A stretch of 64,000 nucleotides of DNA from Planctomycetota bacterium (GTDB lineage: Bacteria > Planctomycetota > PLA2 > JAEUHO01): positions 128,001 to 192,000 of the forward strand of contig CBDCTJ010000007.1 of assembly GCA_965222115.1 (NCBI GenBank), given 5' to 3'. Below, one piece after another: positions 39,820-49,845 of this stretch. The notes beneath the pieces were generated by a model, which saw only the letters and a list, made by a program, of their open reading frames with translations, searched no databases and was not told where the DNA came from. The number at the start of each line of letters is the position of its first letter. Positions within the stretch are counted from its first letter, which is position 1. A program made the translations under genes and the position numbers.

Positions 39820-39894
39820 CTAGATGGCGATCCCAGCAGCGCGAGGCGCCTGATTCGTATCTGTATTTGAATTCGTATTCGTGTTGACTTTCAT
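39820..39894 (-). CDS. 24-aa putative leader peptide MKVNTNTNSNTDTNQAPRAAGIAI
   Basis: Strong RBS AGAAAGGAGG just upstream of the ATG; same strand as, and upstream of, the RIO kinase gene. Confidence 0.5.
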   Translation of the reverse strand: MKVNTNTNSNTDTNQAPRAAGIAI

Positions 39895-40156
39895 TGGACG
39901 CCTCCTTTCTGCGCTGGGGCAATGGGTGTTGATCTGTTGTGTGCAAGCTTACACCGACGCAACGCGACGGGAACTAGAAAATTCACGCGCCGTGGACGAT
40001 CCCATGCGTCGCGAAGACGACACGCTTGGCCTGAAACGACGCTCTTGGACGAAGTCGAAAAACACAGCTCGGTAGAAGCCCACTTGAACATTCGGGGAAC
40101 ATTCGCTGACGGAAGTCGGCGCCATTGGGCCCAGGCGCTTCAAATCAACCGACGAG

Positions 40157-40588
40157 CTACTTGGCTGACTTCTCCTTGCTGTCATCGTCATCATCATCAT
40201 CGTCATCATCTTCACCATCGTCATCATCTTCACCATCGTCGTCCTCGTCCTCGACGATGATCTTGCCTGACTTGGCGTCGATCTCGATTTCACGGAGCTC
40301 GGGCTTCTTGCCTGGGATCAAGACTACGATCTCATACACCAGCTTGCCATCATCTACTTCGAATTCACCACGTACGGCCGAGCCTTTGCTCGCCGCCTCA
40401 GCGATAGCCAGTGCATTGCAAAGCGTTACGCGCGCTTGCTTAACAAGCTTGGCCATGGTCTGCGCCTTGGTCTCGGGCGTCTTGGCCTTCGGCGCTGCCT
40501 TGTCCGCGTGCGCAGGCATCGAAATGGCGAAGGCCGCAACCAGAATGGCGAGCGCGAATATCGTCCAGCGTGAAAGAAAGTTCTTCAT
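40157..40588 (-). CDS. secreted PepSY-domain protein with poly-Asp tail
   Basis: Signal peptide; VTL.NAL.IA, EVDDGKLVYEI, EIDAKSGKI. Confidence 0.85.
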   Translation of the reverse strand: MKNFLSRWTIFALAILVAAFAISMPAHADKAAPKAKTPETKAQTMAKLVKQARVTLCNALAIAEAASKGSAVRGEFEVDDGKLVYEIVVLIPGKKPELREIEIDAKSGKIIVEDEDDDGEDDDDGEDDDDDDDDDDSKEKSAK

Positions 40589-40682
40589 GGCGTTCTCCTC
40601 GTCCTCAGTGTATCGCGATACGAGCAACTGCGTACATTGGACTGAGCCGGACTTAGGAACGACTTACGATCTTCGATACGGA

Positions 40683-42389
40683 CTAGTGATCGACATACTT
40701 CTTCTCAAGCGTCGATCGCCCCACGTCGATCACATCGTCGCGCGAAGCACCCGAGCCAAAGTTCACGCGAACCCGGTAGCGCCCGGGCACGAGATAGCCA
40801 AGCCACTGGTGTGGGTTCTCTCGATCGTCTAGGCTGCGCCACCGCGACTGCCCCATCATCAGGCGTTCATGGTTCGTCACCGAGATCGTCGCGTTGGCGT
40901 CACTCCTCTTGCCATCGACGAGCGCATGAAGCGTGACGGCGGTTCGGGGCACGACCCCTTCAAAGCGAATGGCCGCCGGCGTATCAGCAACCAACGTCAC
41001 GGTCTTGGTCATGGGTGGGCCGTATCGGTTGTACGTAAGTGTATCGCCCTCACGAACGTCTTCGAGTGAAGCAGCGACTTCACCCAAGAGAACACCGTCA
41101 AAGATAAGTGGCGACCTGATGTGCCCACCCTTTGACGGCGGCAGCCTGCCGTGGAATGTGCGACCTGTCGTAGTATGACGAATTGCAGGCCGACCCACGC
41201 GACTAAAGTGAATCTCCTTGCCCGATACGTTGAGCAACGTCACAGACACGCGGGTAGCGGGGTCCAACGCAAACTGGAGCTCCCGGTGCAGCGCGCTTGA
41301 AGAAAGTTCAAAGGTCTGAGACAACGAATCAGCGAATCCCTTGGCGGTCACAAACGCTGAGAGCCGCGCCAAGGGAAGATCGAAGAACGAAACCCGGCCC
41401 AACGCATCCGTGGTCTTGGAGGCCGGCTCACCGTCGCGCCCACGAGACTTCAAGTCGATGATTACGCGCGCGTTCTTGACGACTGCGTCGTTGTCACGCC
41501 TTCGGACGATGCACGTCACCGACGATCCAGCAAGTATCAGGTCCTTGGTTACCTTGTGAGATCCCGCACCGATAGCAACAACGTGTTTAAGCGCAGCGGG
41601 CCCACTTCCCCCTTTTTGCCACCACGTGTAGTTCCATCGCCCCCCTCGGAAATCGCATGGCGCGCCGTCCACCCTCAACGTGTACTCGCCGGGCGTCAGC
41701 ACCGCCTGATAGCGCCCCTCCGCGGATGTCGTTACACTGAACCAGCTTCGCGGAGTAGATCGCGCGAGACCTGTGCCTGTGACGCGGCGATTCGCAACGG
41801 GGGCACCATTTCGCAGCACGCGGCCCGTGAGCCAAACGAGTCCCACTGGACTTCGCAACGTCACCACGTTGTGCTGGCGGGGCAGGACATCAACTACCTT
41901 CGATACGGACATATGCGAGAATCCGACCTCGCAATACACCCTTCCGGGCTTTAGCTCGTTCACGTGAACTTCGCCATCTGCGTCGGTCACGGATTTGGCG
42001 AGCGAATCATTCGTGGGTTGATCGCCATGCATGGCCCGCACGCGCGTACCAAATCCGGGGAGCGGAGTACCGTCGGGCATCAAGACGCGAATCAATAGTT
42101 CGCACGTGCCCTGTTCTTCGCCAGATGAGACCCGCGCAGACACATCCCCTTGCGGATCACGTTGCGGAGCTCCGATCAACATCGGCTGCTCTACAGCGCC
42201 CTTCCGTTCATCTTCGTCGCCTTGAACGTCTGGCAACGAGTTGCTTTGATCTAAATGGTAGAGCGCAACCGCAAGCAGGCCGGCAAGACAGCACGCAATC
42301 GGAAGCAACCAGCGAGTCGTAGTTGAATTTCGTCGCGCGCGTTTATCGCCGGCCAAACGACGCTCCGCCTTGTATGGACTGAATCGCAT
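40683..42389 (-). CDS. membrane-anchored carboxypeptidase-regulatory-like repeat protein
   Basis: N-terminal TM; TDADG, GRVLRNGAPV, TTDALGR repeats. Confidence 0.75.
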   Translation of the reverse strand: MRFSPYKAERRLAGDKRARRNSTTTRWLLPIACCLAGLLAVALYHLDQSNSLPDVQGDEDERKGAVEQPMLIGAPQRDPQGDVSARVSSGEEQGTCELLIRVLMPDGTPLPGFGTRVRAMHGDQPTNDSLAKSVTDADGEVHVNELKPGRVYCEVGFSHMSVSKVVDVLPRQHNVVTLRSPVGLVWLTGRVLRNGAPVANRRVTGTGLARSTPRSWFSVTTSAEGRYQAVLTPGEYTLRVDGAPCDFRGGRWNYTWWQKGGSGPAALKHVVAIGAGSHKVTKDLILAGSSVTCIVRRRDNDAVVKNARVIIDLKSRGRDGEPASKTTDALGRVSFFDLPLARLSAFVTAKGFADSLSQTFELSSSALHRELQFALDPATRVSVTLLNVSGKEIHFSRVGRPAIRHTTTGRTFHGRLPPSKGGHIRSPLIFDGVLLGEVAASLEDVREGDTLTYNRYGPPMTKTVTLVADTPAAIRFEGVVPRTAVTLHALVDGKRSDANATISVTNHERLMMGQSRWRSLDDRENPHQWLGYLVPGRYRVRVNFGSGASRDDVIDVGRSTLEKKYVDH

Positions 42390-43308
42390 TCGAGGCCGCT
42401 TCCTTTACATGCTGCGACGTTTCGGACTGAAGTGACTGCTCCAAGTCTTCAATGACGGCCTTTCGCTTCGTGTGGCCCAGCCCCCTCGCTGCTGCGGCTC
42501 GTGCACGCGCCAGCTTGTCGCTGAACAGCGCGTCTTTGAGACGCTCCACGGCGTCGTCGGTATTGAGATAGCCAATCGCTTCCAACGATGCCGAACGAAT
42601 ACTGTCCTTCTTGTGGCGGGAGTACTTCATCAACGTCTTGATGACGGCCTTACGTGTAGGCGCGCACTTCGCCACCGCCAAGGCGCACTCAGACACCACT
42701 TCGGCCTTGGTACGCTTGGAGGTCATGACGTCGAGTAACGGTATGGCAGCATCCCATGACTTAGTACGCCCTAGCGCTTGAGCGGCGGAATGCGCAATTA
42801 AAAACGCCTTGTGCTTCAGCGCATCCTTACCGCACAGGAATTGAACAGCGGCAAGATTGCCGATCTCCGCCAGCGCATCAAACGCATGCTTGACGTATTC
42901 ATGATTCTTATTCTTGGTGGCAAATTTTATAAGCGCGTCGCGTTCGGCACGCTTTCCGGATGTACCCATACGGCGGATCTTGCGCTCGACCTCCACGCGG
43001 CTCTTGGTCTTGTGGAGGTCCTTGACGAGCACCTTGACTTCGCGCTTGTGCGCTTTGAGTGCATCTCCTTTGAGTTCAGGCTCGGGCTTCTCGTCGGCCT
43101 TCTTCTTTGACGACTCCCCATCGTTTCCGGCACCCACCGAAGGATCATCGGCAAAGGGATCCTTCTCGTCTTCGTTTTCAGGCGCGCTCTTGGGCGTGTC
43201 GGTCTTTTCATCGGGCATCGCGTACGAAGTACCCCACCACGCAAAGAGCATGGCGATCGTCAACATCCATAACGCCGGGCAACAGATCCGATTGTGGTCG
43301 TGACTCAT
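42343..43308 (-). CDS. secreted HEAT/PBS-repeat protein
   Basis: Signal peptide; R.AA..ALG-type repeats. Confidence 0.8.
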   Translation of the reverse strand: MSHDHNRICCPALWMLTIAMLFAWWGTSYAMPDEKTDTPKSAPENEDEKDPFADDPSVGAGNDGESSKKKADEKPEPELKGDALKAHKREVKVLVKDLHKTKSRVEVERKIRRMGTSGKRAERDALIKFATKNKNHEYVKHAFDALAEIGNLAAVQFLCGKDALKHKAFLIAHSAAQALGRTKSWDAAIPLLDVMTSKRTKAEVVSECALAVAKCAPTRKAVIKTLMKYSRHKKDSIRSASLEAIGYLNTDDAVERLKDALFSDKLARARAAAARGLGHTKRKAVIEDLEQSLQSETSQHVKEAASNAIQSIQGGASFGRR

Positions 43309-43411
43309 CGTTTGCTCCCTTTCAGCGAGGTCTCGCGGACGCCCTAACGATAGTCTGGAATCGAACGGCCCACCGACGGCAGTCAATGGGGGCTGAGACG
43401 AAGAACGAGCG

Positions 43412-45019
43412 CTACGTACCGCTTGCTTCCGGATGTTCGTCGCTGTCGGACGTCGTCGCTTCCGCCTCACCGCCATCATCGGGAATCGTTCCGAGCACTG
43501 CGGGCAAGTCCACGCCTGCTTGTTTGGCAAGCTGGTGGACCGGCGGGAGCGAGCCAATCAAACCGCGCAGAAATCCGGCGGTCGCGCCGTTCTCGCCATT
43601 GCCTGCACCGGAGTCCCAGACGGTAACCTTGTCGATCTGAAGATTTTGCACGGCCTTAACTTGTTCGGCCACCAGTTGGGGCAGCACTTCCACCATCAGC
43701 AACGTGGGCGCCATGTCGGGGCGCTCGCCACAAATCTTCAAGAGGTCTTCGTACCCCTTCGCCTTTGCTTCGAGCACGCGCTGGCGGCCTTCCGCCTCGG
43801 CGTTGTACTTGGCAAGAATCGAGTCGGCTTCACCCTTGGCGATGCGGCGGATCTTCTCTGCCTCGGCTTCCGCCTCGATCTCAATCATCTCGCGTTCGAT
43901 CTGTTTCTGAACGATTTCTTCCTTTTGTAGTCTGGCGAGTTCTTGTTCACGCTCCGCCATGAGTACATCGCGCCGCGCGTTGGCTAACGCCACTTCACCG
44001 CGACGCCGCGCATCTGCCTGTCGCTCTTCCAACGTCGCGGTGTAGTCGGCGATTTGAGCCTTGGATGTGTTCTCCCCCTCTACAGCACTGGCTTCCAACG
44101 TTGCAATTTCGATACGCTGCTTCGCTTCGGCCGCCTTGGCACCCTGAATAGCAAGCGCCTTTTGCTCCGCAACCGACACATCCTGCTCACGACTCGCCTC
44201 GGCCTCGCCCGCAATACCCTCGGCCTCCAGGGCGGAAACGCGCACACGTTGATCGCGCTCCGCTTCTTTACGACCCATCGCCGCCTGCGCAAGCTGTTCT
44301 GCAACCTTGACCTCTTGATCGCGCTTGGCCGTGGCTTCACCAATAGCGCCTTCGCGCAACGCTTCGGCCACTTCGATCTTCGCTTTGTTGATGGCGTCGG
44401 CAGCGGCCTTCTTACCAATCGCGTCGATGTAGCCGGAGTCATCCGTGATGTCACGGATGTTTACGTTGATGACGTCGAGCCCAATTTTGTTGAGCTCAAT
44501 GCCGACGTTCTTGTTCACGAGGTCGAGGAAAGTCTCACGGTCTTGGTTGATCTGCTCAATGGTGAGCGTGGCGATGACGAGGCGCATCTGACCAAGAATG
44601 ATGTCTCGCGCCTGGGCTGCGATGTCGCGCGTTTCGAGTCCCAACAGACGCTCGGCGGCATTGGCCATGATGTTTGGACTCGTCGATACACCAATCGTAA
44701 ACGTGGACGGCACATCCACACGAATGTTCTTCTTGGAGAGCGCGCCCGTGAGCTCAATGTCAATGGTCAGCGGTTCAAGCGATATGTAGGCGTAATCCTG
44801 AATGACCGGCCACACCATCACGCCGCCACCGTGGATACAGCGTGCCGCCTGATTGTCGCCCACCTTGCCATACACCACCAACACGCGGTTGGAAGGGCAG
44901 CGCTTGTAGCGTTTGACAAAGAAGATGATCAGAAACAGGACCAGCAGAAAAACAATACCGATCAGAATCGGTCCCAAGCTGCTGTCCGGCATCTCAAGGG
45001 CTAATGGAAGCTGCGTCAT
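43412..45019 (-). CDS. flotillin / SPFH-domain protein
   Basis: YKRCPSNRVLVVYG, VNIRDITD, EAEAEAE coiled coil, IDKVTVWD. Confidence 0.92.
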   Translation of the reverse strand: MTQLPLALEMPDSSLGPILIGIVFLLVLFLIIFFVKRYKRCPSNRVLVVYGKVGDNQAARCIHGGGVMVWPVIQDYAYISLEPLTIDIELTGALSKKNIRVDVPSTFTIGVSTSPNIMANAAERLLGLETRDIAAQARDIILGQMRLVIATLTIEQINQDRETFLDLVNKNVGIELNKIGLDVINVNIRDITDDSGYIDAIGKKAAADAINKAKIEVAEALREGAIGEATAKRDQEVKVAEQLAQAAMGRKEAERDQRVRVSALEAEGIAGEAEASREQDVSVAEQKALAIQGAKAAEAKQRIEIATLEASAVEGENTSKAQIADYTATLEERQADARRRGEVALANARRDVLMAEREQELARLQKEEIVQKQIEREMIEIEAEAEAEKIRRIAKGEADSILAKYNAEAEGRQRVLEAKAKGYEDLLKICGERPDMAPTLLMVEVLPQLVAEQVKAVQNLQIDKVTVWDSGAGNGENGATAGFLRGLIGSLPPVHQLAKQAGVDLPAVLGTIPDDGGEAEATTSDSDEHPEASGT

Positions 45020-45091
45020 CACGCTCTCCTCGTTGCTCTGTAGTCCAAATGCGGACAAAGCGCGCGGCCTTGCCAGCGTAAGAAACGTCCG

Positions 45092-45751
45092 CTACGCGGG
45101 TTCAACTATTAGCGTTTCGCCTTCAAGCACATCCACGACTTTGACGGCAGTAAACGAATCGATAGGACCCGACGTACTCACTGCCGGCAGGACCTTTTGA
45201 TTGCCGTCGATGTCTACTTGGATCTGCCCCTCGCCCTTTCCGCGTTCCGGGATGCGAAGATAGACGCGCGCAATCTTGCCGATGGCGTTTTTGGGATTGT
45301 AACCCCCTGCGACATTCATGCGACGCATCTGGAACAGACCAAATGAAGAGATGAACATAAGAAACGTCCCGAAGACAAACGCCGCGAAGAAGGCGGCCAC
45401 GCTACTCATGCCCCATTCGGCCCGGCAGGCAAGCCCCATCCACCCTGCGCCCATCAGAAACGAAATGACGGAGAGGATTGAGAACATGGAGAAGTCGCCG
45501 GTATGTGCCTCTAACCCGCCGTCCATATCGGCGTCGAAATCGGCGTCGGCGTCAATGCCCACAAACAGTGTGAGCAAAAGCTTGACCACGAAGATCGCCG
45601 TTCCAAATACGGCCATCACCCCATAGATTGTGATGTCGGAAAACTTCGTGAAATCGAGCACATCGGTCCACGAGAAAGCCAACGGAGTAATGAGCGAGCC
45701 AATCCCCGCGATCTGGGTTTCTATCAGCACCGTCGCTGCCATCATTTCCAA
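45092..45751 (-). CDS. NfeD-like membrane protein (flotillin partner)
   Basis: Several TMs plus C-terminal OB fold (G...VYL.IP...G.G.IQV); start uncertain. Confidence 0.85.
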   Translation of the reverse strand: MEMMAATVLIETQIAGIGSLITPLAFSWTDVLDFTKFSDITIYGVMAVFGTAIFVVKLLLTLFVGIDADADFDADMDGGLEAHTGDFSMFSILSVISFLMGAGWMGLACRAEWGMSSVAAFFAAFVFGTFLMFISSFGLFQMRRMNVAGGYNPKNAIGKIARVYLRIPERGKGEGQIQVDIDGNQKVLPAVSTSGPIDSFTAVKVVDVLEGETLIVEPA

Positions 45752-45941
45752 CCTCGTACTCCGCAGATTGGCGACGCTGCCTCCTGCGTTGATAGACTTT
45801 ACTCGACCGTCACGGGTACGTCATGCTCGTGCTGCCCGCCATTCTGCTCGGCCGACACGCCATAACTCGCTTTCGAGTTGCGGTCGGTTCGAGATGGAGC
45901 CGCGTGTTCAATCCGCAAACGAACATGACTCGTGAGCCACT

Positions 45942-46787
45942 CTAGCTGACAGGATCAAACCAGATCTCAATCTCATCCGTCAGCGGTCGATACCCAATCG
46001 CGGGATAAATCTTGTTGGTGGTCTTGTTGGCGAGATCGGTATATAGCGTCGTAAACGACTTTCCGCTATCCAACATTCGCGCGGTAAGCGCTGCCGTCAC
46101 GTTGGACGCATAGCCCCGTCCGCGATGCCTCGGTGGGGTGTACACAAGTGAAACCGAGGCGCCGCGCGGCGTTTTGCGTGACGTCATGGCGGTGCTCACG
46201 GGTTCACCGTCTACGTCCCAGAGAATCATGGCGCCGACACTGAGGGCGCGGTCTACATACGCCTCTACGTTGGTGGGCGCCTCGGACGCAACGTCCACCA
46301 TGAACGCCCGACACCAATCAATCAACAACAGACGGTCGTCAACTGTCGCTGGACGCATCGCGCCGTGAGTCGGCTGTGGTTCGATGACTTTATGACACAC
46401 GTAGATGCGCTGTGCCCGGCCTTCGCGCATGGTCACGGATCGCGAGCCTGACCACAACGCCGCGAACGCACGTGCGCGCGTGAGCTCGCCCTGAACGCCA
46501 GGAACCGCGTCGAGTCGCTCTGCAATGGAATGCGCGAGCGGAGCGATGGCGTCCATGGGGAGATCCGACAACAAGACCTTATGCCCGGGTGTGCGCATGG
46601 TGACGCCAACGATGTCGTCGGCTTCTTGCACGGTGGCGAATACAAACTCTTCGCCCTGGGCCTGTTCGCCCGCAAAACGCCTCGCAAGGCCGAGCAGTAG
46701 ACCATAGCGCTCTTCATCGGCTTCAAGAAACGGTGCAACGTGTCTAAGGAACGACGCGGCATCCTCATGGTGATGGACGGAGATCAT
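45942..46787 (-). CDS. GNAT acetyltransferase
   Basis: VYTPPRHRGRGYAS, LYTDLAN..N.IY..IGY. Confidence 0.9.
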   Translation of the reverse strand: MISVHHHEDAASFLRHVAPFLEADEERYGLLLGLARRFAGEQAQGEEFVFATVQEADDIVGVTMRTPGHKVLLSDLPMDAIAPLAHSIAERLDAVPGVQGELTRARAFAALWSGSRSVTMREGRAQRIYVCHKVIEPQPTHGAMRPATVDDRLLLIDWCRAFMVDVASEAPTNVEAYVDRALSVGAMILWDVDGEPVSTAMTSRKTPRGASVSLVYTPPRHRGRGYASNVTAALTARMLDSGKSFTTLYTDLANKTTNKIYPAIGYRPLTDEIEIWFDPVS

Positions 46788-47491
46788 GCGTAGAGATCGT
46801 GGTGCTTGACCCACGCCATCGAGAATGGCAAGCCGGCCTCGTCACGTCCATTGGGCACTAGGTCGAGCAAGTTGTAGATGCCGAGAATGTTCTCTAGCCC
46901 ACGAGCATAGGCGGAGTACGTGTGGTACACGGCATCGTCTTCACCCTTGGCAAACGCACTAATACCCGGCGCTTCCTCACCCATCGTTGCACGGCCTTGC
47001 TTGTAGTTGTAATAGACCTGCCCGGCGCGAACGTCTTCATCAGCAAACGACACATGGAAGTCCTGATTAAACGTGGTCTTGAGGGATGAAAACCACGGGA
47101 AGGACCACCCCATACGTTTCTTGAACGTCTCAAGCGCATGAACCGGCGCACGAGAAATCGTCACCATGGACACGTCTCGCTGCGCCAAGTGTTGCACAAG
47201 CGGGTTGTAGTGATCGGCACACATCGAACAAATCTTGCACCCCGATGGCCAGTCAGGCGCGAACATGAAGTGGTACACCAGCAACTGCGAATGTTGCCCG
47301 AACAACTCCGAGAGGCGCACATCGCCGCCGGGACCTTGAAACACATAGTCCTCTTCGACTCGCACCCAGGGCAACGCCTGCCGCGCCGCCGTCAGCGCCT
47401 CACGGGCCTTCGAAAACGCCTTCTCCTTGGCCAGCAACTCCTTGCGCGCTTCCGTCCACGCTTCACGGGTCACAACGGTGGGTTGATTCAT
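46784..47491 (-). CDS. DUF899 thioredoxin-like protein
   Basis: ARKELLAKEK, YHFMF, CKICS, YHTYS.YARG. Confidence 0.92.
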   Translation of the reverse strand: MNQPTVVTREAWTEARKELLAKEKAFSKAREALTAARQALPWVRVEEDYVFQGPGGDVRLSELFGQHSQLLVYHFMFAPDWPSGCKICSMCADHYNPLVQHLAQRDVSMVTISRAPVHALETFKKRMGWSFPWFSSLKTTFNQDFHVSFADEDVRAGQVYYNYKQGRATMGEEAPGISAFAKGEDDAVYHTYSAYARGLENILGIYNLLDLVPNGRDEAGLPFSMAWVKHHDLYA

Positions 47492-47616
47492 GGCGGGCCT
47501 TTCGTTGAACGTCCGCCGAGAAATCTACCGCCTCCATTGCGCCGGGCCTGCTTTCGCAGGGACCGCAAAAGAGCAATCCGGCTTGGCGTGTCGCCGTTGA
47601 TGGCATTCGCGAAGCT

Positions 47617-49347
47617 CTAATCACCAAGTCCCATGGATCGAATGAATGGATTGGCCAAGGCCCATCGCGCCTCTGCGCTAGGCAACCACTGCCTGCGGGC
47701 AATGAGCCACTGCTTGTGTCCAAGCCCCAATCGAGCCTTGGCCCGCTCGTTATTCCACGCATACATTTTGCCAGGGTGAATCGCATGATCAATGTCACTG
47801 GCGTGGAGTGCGTCCCACCACGCGTCGTAGAATCTCTGCATACGACTGCAGTTGATTCCATCGACCTCAAAAACGCACGTGATGGGAAATCGTGTACACC
47901 CAGCATAGGCGCTTCCCCCTTTTACGAAGCGCATAGCCATGGCACCCGGAATCGGCCGTTCGTCCGTCAGGGCACGAAGGGCAAGATCCAGAACGGCGAC
48001 GGAATCCTTCGCCGCGACCGCAACAGCGGAGCTCGCAATCTTTCCTTTGGTGTCTGTCGGACCAAAAATGCAGGCAGGCGTGCCAATGCTTGTGTGGTTG
48101 GGCGGGAATCGTTCCTTTAGGAGTCGCGTAATCAGCTCGGGAATCGCGGCGTCCCAAAACTTTCGTTTGACCCAACCTCGGTCCAACGAATCAAACCGGC
48201 ATGTGAGTTCTACAAGGAGATCATTGGCATCTGGAACGTCAGGAAGCAACCCCGCGTTTTCGAGTTTCTTCATTGCCGCCTGAGTACTGAGTGACTGAAG
48301 GCAACCTGCCGCCTCCGCGCCTTGATCGCCTCCCCACGACTTGAGCATACGTGCCAAGGTCCGACTTACTTGAACCAATGGCGTAATGTGATCCTTCGTT
48401 GTGCATGTGGGCGAGGCACCCGATGTGTCCTCGTGCATCAACGTCACAAGTGTCTGATCATCGGCGCCGGGCGCGTAGGGGTTAATTAGAACTTCGAAGT
48501 GATACGGCGTCTTACCTGCATTAGGGTGACTCAATCCGGAGGGTTCACCCGCGCGCATGGCCTGCCTCATTGATTCATCTAACGGTAATGGATGACGGCG
48601 AACGGAAAGCAAGTACGGATCGCGAACTTTGATCATGACCGCCAAAATCACGCCGAATGAACCCAGTGAAACACGTGCGGCGTCGAAGTGGTCGGCCCGT
48701 TTAATGCGTTCAGCGCCTCCCAGCTCTCTCAACAGAGCATCGGTTGCAACCGGTCTATGCTCGGACTCAAGCCACCTTGTCTTGCCCGATCCGGTGGCGA
48801 TGTGAAGCCCCACGACGTAATCCTGCATGGATCCATCGTGAAGCGCCGCGCCATGAACACCGGTTGAGATCGCGCCCGCGATACTCTGACCGTCGCTAGC
48901 CCCTGAAACAACTAGGCTAGCCTTGCGTTTCGGGTCGGCTGCCAAGATCGAATTAATCGTGTTTACGGTTGTGCCGGCACGAAACAAGCGAAGGTGTGGG
49001 TCATGTACACCTACGTTCGTAAGGGGCAACTCGCCCGAGAAATCGTTATCTATTAACTGAATACCCGGCACCGCGGCAACCTTTGAGAACGACCACGTGC
49101 TTCCAATTGTGCGAAACTCAGTTCCCTGGGCAACCGCATCGGCAAGGAATTTCTGGATTCGAGCCGCGCCTACGCGGTGACGCTCGTATGCATCGCCATG
49201 CGCAGCGTCTACGAGCGTGAGCTTCGCCGAGCACACCTGTTTAAACGTTTTACAGTAGTTCCACCAACTTGTAGGACTGTCTGAGTTGCAATCGCTAGAC
49301 TGCGCATTCGGCTTAGATTGCGTATTCGGCTTGTCTTCGACAGTCAT
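47617..49347 (-). CDS. FAD-binding oxidoreductase (VAO/ALO-like)
   Basis: IGSTWSFS, QSIAGAISTGVHG, SLGSFGVI, HPGK. Confidence 0.82.
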   Translation of the reverse strand: MTVEDKPNTQSKPNAQSSDCNSDSPTSWWNYCKTFKQVCSAKLTLVDAAHGDAYERHRVGAARIQKFLADAVAQGTEFRTIGSTWSFSKVAAVPGIQLIDNDFSGELPLTNVGVHDPHLRLFRAGTTVNTINSILAADPKRKASLVVSGASDGQSIAGAISTGVHGAALHDGSMQDYVVGLHIATGSGKTRWLESEHRPVATDALLRELGGAERIKRADHFDAARVSLGSFGVILAVMIKVRDPYLLSVRRHPLPLDESMRQAMRAGEPSGLSHPNAGKTPYHFEVLINPYAPGADDQTLVTLMHEDTSGASPTCTTKDHITPLVQVSRTLARMLKSWGGDQGAEAAGCLQSLSTQAAMKKLENAGLLPDVPDANDLLVELTCRFDSLDRGWVKRKFWDAAIPELITRLLKERFPPNHTSIGTPACIFGPTDTKGKIASSAVAVAAKDSVAVLDLALRALTDERPIPGAMAMRFVKGGSAYAGCTRFPITCVFEVDGINCSRMQRFYDAWWDALHASDIDHAIHPGKMYAWNNERAKARLGLGHKQWLIARRQWLPSAEARWALANPFIRSMGLGD

Positions 49348-49477
49348 TGCGTCCTCCTCTCACCATGCTTGCATTCACGTTAAGGTGTACGCGATGTATC
49401 GAATTTCCACAACCAGAATGCGCACAGTCCGACCAAATTTCGAAGGCTACAGGACCTTGCCGGCCCAAGATGGGGGC

Positions 49478-49840
49478 ATGATGAACTCCGGTAACCGCCC
49501 ATGGACCGACAAGCACTGCGTTCCCGCCAAGACATTGAAAGCGCCCATGGCCGCCGACGCCATTGCAACCGCGCTTGGCGACATTCACGAGGCGTGGCAA
49601 CTCTCAAGCGACGGGACGTGGATCTCGCGTCGTTATAGGTTTCGCAACTACTACGAGACCGTCTCGTTCGTCAACGCGGTGGCCTGGATTGCCCACACCG
49701 AAGATCACCACCCCGATATCGAATTTGGCTATCGCACGTGCACGATTCGCTATACGACGCACGCAGTGGATGGCATTACGGAGAATGACGTCACTTGCGC
49801 CGCAAAGATTGATGCGCTGATAACGCGCGACGAGGGATAA
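49478..49840 (+). CDS. phhB: pterin-4-alpha-carbinolamine dehydratase
   Basis: FRNYYET..FVNAVAWIAH.EDHHPD, TTHAVDGITEND..CAAKID. Confidence 0.9.
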   Translation: MMNSGNRPWTDKHCVPAKTLKAPMAADAIATALGDIHEAWQLSSDGTWISRRYRFRNYYETVSFVNAVAWIAHTEDHHPDIEFGYRTCTIRYTTHAVDGITENDVTCAAKIDALITRDEG

Positions 49841-49845
49841 CCGGA

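Noticed and set aside
40125-40832. Ser-rich 235-aa plus-strand ORF
   Set aside because: Antisense shadow of the poly-Asp PepSY gene
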